Virus record (IMG/VR): IMGVR_UViG_3300045988_155769
DNA: 35,729 nt
Direction: 5' to 3' (one strand)
Source: a virus
This document shows positions 32,394-35,729 of the stretch, piece after piece. Each line of letters begins with the position of its first letter. The first letter of the stretch is position 1. The notes beneath the pieces are model-generated. The model saw only the letters and a list, made by a program, of their open reading frames with translations, ran no database searches and was not told the origin of the DNA. Position numbers and translations under genes: made by a program.

Positions 32394-33452
32394 ATGAAAA
32401 GAGTAGGTAATATTTACGAAAAAATAATTCAATTAGGAAATATTGAATCAGCAGTAATGCATGCCGCAAAGGGTAAATCAAAAAGAAAAAACGTGGAGAA
32501 AATATTAGATTCCCCAACTTATTATGCTATGCAAGTTCAAAAGATGCTAAAAGAACACACTTATATTCCATCGCCTTATGTTGAAATGAAAATACTGGAC
32601 GGAGCAAGAAAAAAGGAAAGGATTATATATAAGCCTCAATTCTATCCTGATCAAGTAGTACATTGGGCTTTGATGCTTCAACTGGAGCCAATACTTATGA
32701 AAGGAATGTATGAATTCTGTTGTGCATCAGTTAAAAATAGGGGAATATTGTATGGTAAAAGGCATCTTGATAAGATCCTGGTAGATGATCGTAAATATAC
32801 CAAATATTGCTTGAAACTTGATGTAAAAAAGTTTTATCCATCAATTGATAAGACTATATTAAAACAAAAGTTTAGAAAAAAAATAAAAGATCGAGAAACA
32901 TTATGGCTTATTGATTTAATAATTGATAGTTCTGATGAAGGTGTTCCGATTGGAAATTATACATCACAATGGTTTGCTAACTTTTATTTGAGTGATTTGG
33001 ATCATTTTATTAAAGAAGAATTAAAAGTTAAATACTATGTTCGTTATATGGACGATATGGTGCTATTTTCTAATAATAAAAAGCAATTGCATAAAATAAA
33101 ATTAGCAATCGATGATTTTCTAGCAAAAGAACATTTAAGAATTAAAGAAAATTGGCAATTATTTAAAACAGATAGTCGTCCGTTAGACTTTTTAGGATAT
33201 AGATTTTATCGAGGGTATTCTACTTTAAGAAAAAGTAACTTTTTACGAATCAAAAGGCGAGCAAAGAAAATATCGAAAAAGAAAGAACTTAATTTTCATG
33301 ATGCGGCATCAATGTTATCCTATTCTGGATGGTTGAAACATTGTAATTCATACAATTATCAGCAAAAATACATTAAGCCGTATATCAATTACAATAAATG
33401 TAAGGAGGTCGTTAGTAATGAAAGTAAGAAGCGACAGGCTTCCTCAAAATGA
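32394..33452 (+). CDS. DGR-type reverse transcriptase
   Basis: Motifs are YCLKLDVKKFYPSI, the DGR-specific GVPIGNYTSQWFANFYL (I/LGxxxSQ), the YVRYMDDMVLF (YxDD) motif and LDFLGYRF. The N-terminal NIYEKI...AAKGKSKRKNV is typical of DGR RTs. Confidence 0.92.
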   Translation: MKRVGNIYEKIIQLGNIESAVMHAAKGKSKRKNVEKILDSPTYYAMQVQKMLKEHTYIPSPYVEMKILDGARKKERIIYKPQFYPDQVVHWALMLQLEPILMKGMYEFCCASVKNRGILYGKRHLDKILVDDRKYTKYCLKLDVKKFYPSIDKTILKQKFRKKIKDRETLWLIDLIIDSSDEGVPIGNYTSQWFANFYLSDLDHFIKEELKVKYYVRYMDDMVLFSNNKKQLHKIKLAIDDFLAKEHLRIKENWQLFKTDSRPLDFLGYRFYRGYSTLRKSNFLRIKRRAKKISKKKELNFHDAASMLSYSGWLKHCNSYNYQQKYIKPYINYNKCKEVVSNESKKRQASSK

Positions 33453-33927
33453 TTTTGAAATCAATAATATTCAAGGCAACGAATGCAACGTTGTCTTTTT
33501 TGATACTAAAAATCATAAAGAGGAAAAAGATGAAAATGAAAATATATCATACGAATATGATGCATACAATATCAAAACAACTTATAGGAGCACGTTAGGA
33601 GCAGATATAAGCAAAAATTACGAAAAATGGTACAATTATGCTATCCAGTATGAAAAAGATGTTCTAGCAACAGAAATAAGGGCGAAAAGAAACGAATTAT
33701 TGAATGAAAGCGACAAAGAATTGGCTATTGACAGATTTTCATTTGAATTTCCCGAAGAAATAACAATGTTAAACATCTTACAAGTAATCAAAAGTTTTTT
33801 CTCTGTTTTATCAAGTATAACTAATGGTAAATGGGCTAAATATCGTCAGCAATTAAGAGATATTACTAAACAGGAGGAATTTCCATATAATGTCGAGTTC
33901 CCTAAAAAGCCCACAGATAATGAATAA
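33418..33927 (+). CDS. Tail-fibre assembly chaperone-like protein
   Basis: RAKRNELLNESDKELAIDR and WAKYRQQLRDITKQEEFPYNVEFPKKP resemble the Tfa-type C-terminal signature (W..YR..L......P....P..P). A strong AAGGAGG RBS lies inside the RT 3' end, giving a 35-nt overlap. Confidence 0.5.
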   Translation: MKVRSDRLPQNDFEINNIQGNECNVVFFDTKNHKEEKDENENISYEYDAYNIKTTYRSTLGADISKNYEKWYNYAIQYEKDVLATEIRAKRNELLNESDKELAIDRFSFEFPEEITMLNILQVIKSFFSVLSSITNGKWAKYRQQLRDITKQEEFPYNVEFPKKPTDNE

Positions 33928-34274
33928 TGGATACCATTATTGTAACGGCTATTACGACTGTTGGAGTTGTAATAACAACTCTTATTCAAAGTTCTAATGC
34001 ACGAAAAAAGGATAATATAGAGGCGAAATTAGATAATATCAGAAAACAATTTATTGACAAAATAGATTCATTGAAAGAAAACTTAAATCAAGAAACACTA
34101 GCAAGATGTAAAGCAGATTTAGTTTCATTAATGTCAAAAATTAAAAATGGTTATACCCCAACAGTAGAAGAAAAATTAATATTACATGAATCAAAGAAAA
34201 AGTATAACGATCTAGGTGGAGATAGTTATGTTGATGAAATGTTTGATAATTTAGTGAAAGAAGGTAAGATATAA
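33927..34274 (+). CDS. Membrane-anchored helical protein of the lysis region
   Basis: The N-terminal TM helix is IIVTAITTVGVVITTLI, followed by helical K/E-rich sequence. TAATG junction. Confidence 0.5.
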   Translation: MDTIIVTAITTVGVVITTLIQSSNARKKDNIEAKLDNIRKQFIDKIDSLKENLNQETLARCKADLVSLMSKIKNGYTPTVEEKLILHESKKKYNDLGGDSYVDEMFDNLVKEGKI

Positions 34275-34591
34275 TGGATACTTTTCTAACCTGGGAAGTT
34301 CTACTAACATTTAGTGGGTTAGTAGGAGCAGTCTACATGGTCGTTGAATTCACAAAAGAAATAAAGTTTATAAATAAAATTCCAACTAAATATTGGAGTT
34401 TTTTTATTGCAGCATTTCTAATAATGATGACGAATGTAGTTACAGAATCATTTAATTATAAAGATATAGTTCTTTATCTTTTAAATTCAATAGTAGTTAG
34501 TTTGAGTTCTAACGGCTTAAATGACTTTAACAAGGGCAAATCAAAAGAAACATCAGAAAAACATGAGAATGATATAAAAGAGGGCGAATAA
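34274..34591 (+). CDS. Holin (three predicted TM helices, charged C-tail)
   Basis: TM segments are VLLTFSGLVGAVYMVVEF, YWSFFIAAFLIMMTNVV and IVLYLLNSIVVSL. It lies immediately upstream of the endolysin. Confidence 0.65.
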   Translation: MDTFLTWEVLLTFSGLVGAVYMVVEFTKEIKFINKIPTKYWSFFIAAFLIMMTNVVTESFNYKDIVLYLLNSIVVSLSSNGLNDFNKGKSKETSEKHENDIKEGE

Positions 34592-34601
34592 GCCCTTTTT
34601 T
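34581..34601 (+). terminator. Weak hairpin plus T-run spanning the holin stop codon
   Basis: agggc-gaataa-gccct, then TTTTT. Confidence 0.3.
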
Positions 34602-34623
34602 GTATAGATTGGAGGTTTTATCT

Positions 34624-35598
34624 ATGGAAGATGAAAAAAATGTTGAAATCGTAGAAGAAAATACAGAATTAGAAATCCAAACTACATTTAATGAGGATGG
34701 ATTAGATGTATTAGTCGAAGACGGTACAATAGAAAATGAAAATGCAGAGGAGCCAGAAGGTATTGGAGCCGGCGAAAACTTTTCAATGAGAACAAGTAAG
34801 CCAGGTGCAGGTAATAAGTTCTTTATTACACGAAGCAGAGGCGGATATTCTACATGTATTCAGGGAAGCCCAACAGATAGTAAATGTAATGTACTTGCTA
34901 ACTGTGTAGGATATGCTTGCGGACGTTTCAATGAAATAATTGGAGCAATGAAATATCCATCATTAAATTGTAATGCAGAAAACTTTATTGAAAGAGCAAG
35001 AAATACCTATGGATTAGAAATATCACCAGTTCCTACATTAGGTGGTATTATGGTATGGCAAAAAGGATCTACATTATCAGGTGGTGATGGTGCAGGACAT
35101 GTTGCTATCGTTGAAAAGATTATTGATAGTAATACTATTTATACAAGTGAATCAGGTTATGGATCAAGTGCTTTCTGGAATAGTACAAGAAGCAATAGTA
35201 ATGGTAGATGGGGATTAGGTAGTGGTTATACATTTAGAGGATGTATTGTTAATCCCGCTATTGGTAAAGTAACCGCTCCAACATCTAATAGTGCGAATCC
35301 ATTTCCAGGTGTATCTGATGAGGAACTAGCAAGACGTGTTTGGTCCGGTGAATTTGGAAACGGCACAACTAGACAAGAGAGATTAGGATCAAGATATGCA
35401 GCAGTTCAAGCACTTGTTAATAGAGGTGTAGGAAAGCCAGGAACAACAAGTAATGTACCTTATGCAGGTGTATCTGACGAGGAATTAGCACGTCGTGTTT
35501 GGCGAGGCGAATTTGGAAATGGAGCAACTAGAAGACAAAAACTAGGATCAAGATATGCAGCAGTTCAAGCACTTGTTAATAGAGGTGTAGGTAGATAA
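34624..35598 (+). CDS. Endolysin: CHAP-type amidase/peptidase with two C-terminal Cpl-7-like (CW_7-like) wall-binding repeats
   Basis: Catalytic Cys context is NVLANCVGYACGRF and His context is AGHVAIVEKI. The repeated unit is GVSDEELARRVW.GEFGNG.TR...LGSRYAAVQALVNRGVG. GGAGG lies upstream of the ATG at 34624. Confidence 0.8.
   Translation: MEDEKNVEIVEENTELEIQTTFNEDGLDVLVEDGTIENENAEEPEGIGAGENFSMRTSKPGAGNKFFITRSRGGYSTCIQGSPTDSKCNVLANCVGYACGRFNEIIGAMKYPSLNCNAENFIERARNTYGLEISPVPTLGGIMVWQKGSTLSGGDGAGHVAIVEKIIDSNTIYTSESGYGSSAFWNSTRSNSNGRWGLGSGYTFRGCIVNPAIGKVTAPTSNSANPFPGVSDEELARRVWSGEFGNGTTRQERLGSRYAAVQALVNRGVGKPGTTSNVPYAGVSDEELARRVWRGEFGNGATRRQKLGSRYAAVQALVNRGVGR
35308..35591 (+). repeat. Two copies of a 125-bp coding repeat (35308-35432 and 35467-35591, period 159 bp)
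   Basis: Direct comparison shows the last 49 nt of each copy are identical, and the codons upstream differ mostly at synonymous sites. Confidence 0.9.
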
Positions 35599-35602
35599 GA
35601 AA

Positions 35603-35640
35603 AGAGGTAATGACACAAATGTCACTACCTCTTTTTTTTT
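35603..35640. terminator. Bidirectional rho-independent terminator (endolysin on +, RHH-like gene on -)
   Basis: agaggtaatgaca-caaa-tgtcactacctct (13-bp stem, one mismatch), followed by T9 on the plus strand and a U-rich tail on the minus strand. Confidence 0.8.
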
Positions 35641-35729
35641 GCCTTTAAATCCTCTATGGCATTTCTAATAAATTGAGTTTGAGTTAATCCTTCCTCGGCT
35701 AATAATTTATCAAGTTCTTCCTTTTCTTC
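35631..35729. repeat. Terminal direct repeat, right copy (identical to 1-99)
   Basis: Base-by-base identity, read directly. Confidence 0.95.

Larger units (their letters stand above)
30295..33452 (+). mobile_element. Diversity-generating retroelement cassette (target-VR, TR, spacer, RT)
   Basis: See the VR, TR and RT features below. Confidence 0.9.
1..35729. mobile_element. Complete temperate siphovirus-type phage genome (35,630-bp unit plus 99-bp terminal overlap)
   Basis: Full lysogeny, replication, packaging, head, tail and lysis modules are in canonical order. Both ends are identical over 99 bp. Genes are tightly packed with ATGA/TAATG overlaps. Confidence 0.85.

Noticed and set aside
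32230-32517. 95-aa minus-strand ORF in the TR-RT gap, considered as a possible Avd
   Set aside because: It is antisense to the RT start and the spacer. It is hydrophobic and low-complexity, not a basic four-helix bundle, and has no RBS.
1-35729. Search for tRNA, rRNA, CRISPR arrays, IS elements or a second VR
   Set aside because: No cloverleaf-like GC-rich noncoding segment was seen, nor any repeat-spacer array or transposase. The TR core strings (tgccggcttgtggtattgg, ggggctcgtct) occur only at the VR and the TR.

Overview
The window is an AT-rich, essentially complete temperate siphovirus-type phage genome from a low-GC Gram-positive host lineage. The first 99 bp (1-99) are identical to the last 99 bp (35631-35729), so the unique unit is 35,630 bp and the map closes into a circle. 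Gene order is that of a classic Firmicute temperate phage. (1) Two small, strongly promoted minus-strand genes sit next to a large serine recombinase (543-1961, -). (2) A cI-like/Cro-like divergent switch carries a GTTGGGAAAA operator motif four times. (3) About 10 kb of early and replication genes follows: a DnaD-like initiator, a SpoVG homolog, a MazG-like protein, a ParB-N6 methyltransferase fusion and many small ORFs. (4) A second, tyrosine-type recombinase lies mid-genome. (5) A late activator-like gene is followed by an extended -10 promoter. (6) The packaging and head module is HNH, a G/C-rich putative cos region, P27-type TerS, TerL, HK97-type portal, ClpP-like protease and capsid. (7) The tail module includes an unannotated A_AAA_AAC -1 frameshift chaperone, tape measure, Dit and Tal. 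(8) Lysis genes are a holin and a CHAP endolysin with two Cpl-7-like repeats. The standout is a diversity-generating retroelement (DGR) between the last tail-fibre gene and a fibre-chaperone-like gene. A 111-bp variable repeat at the fibre C-terminus (31874-31984) and a template repeat (32122-32232) differ at 13 positions. Every difference is an adenine in the template. A DGR-type reverse transcriptase follows (32394-33452), and no recognisable Avd accessory gene is present. A second notable point is that the terminase-associated HNH gene has no usable start codon upstream of its first CxxC. It is reachable from the preceding repeat-tailed ORF through a C_CCA_AAC -1 slippery heptamer followed by a hairpin. 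No tRNA, rRNA or CRISPR array was seen.
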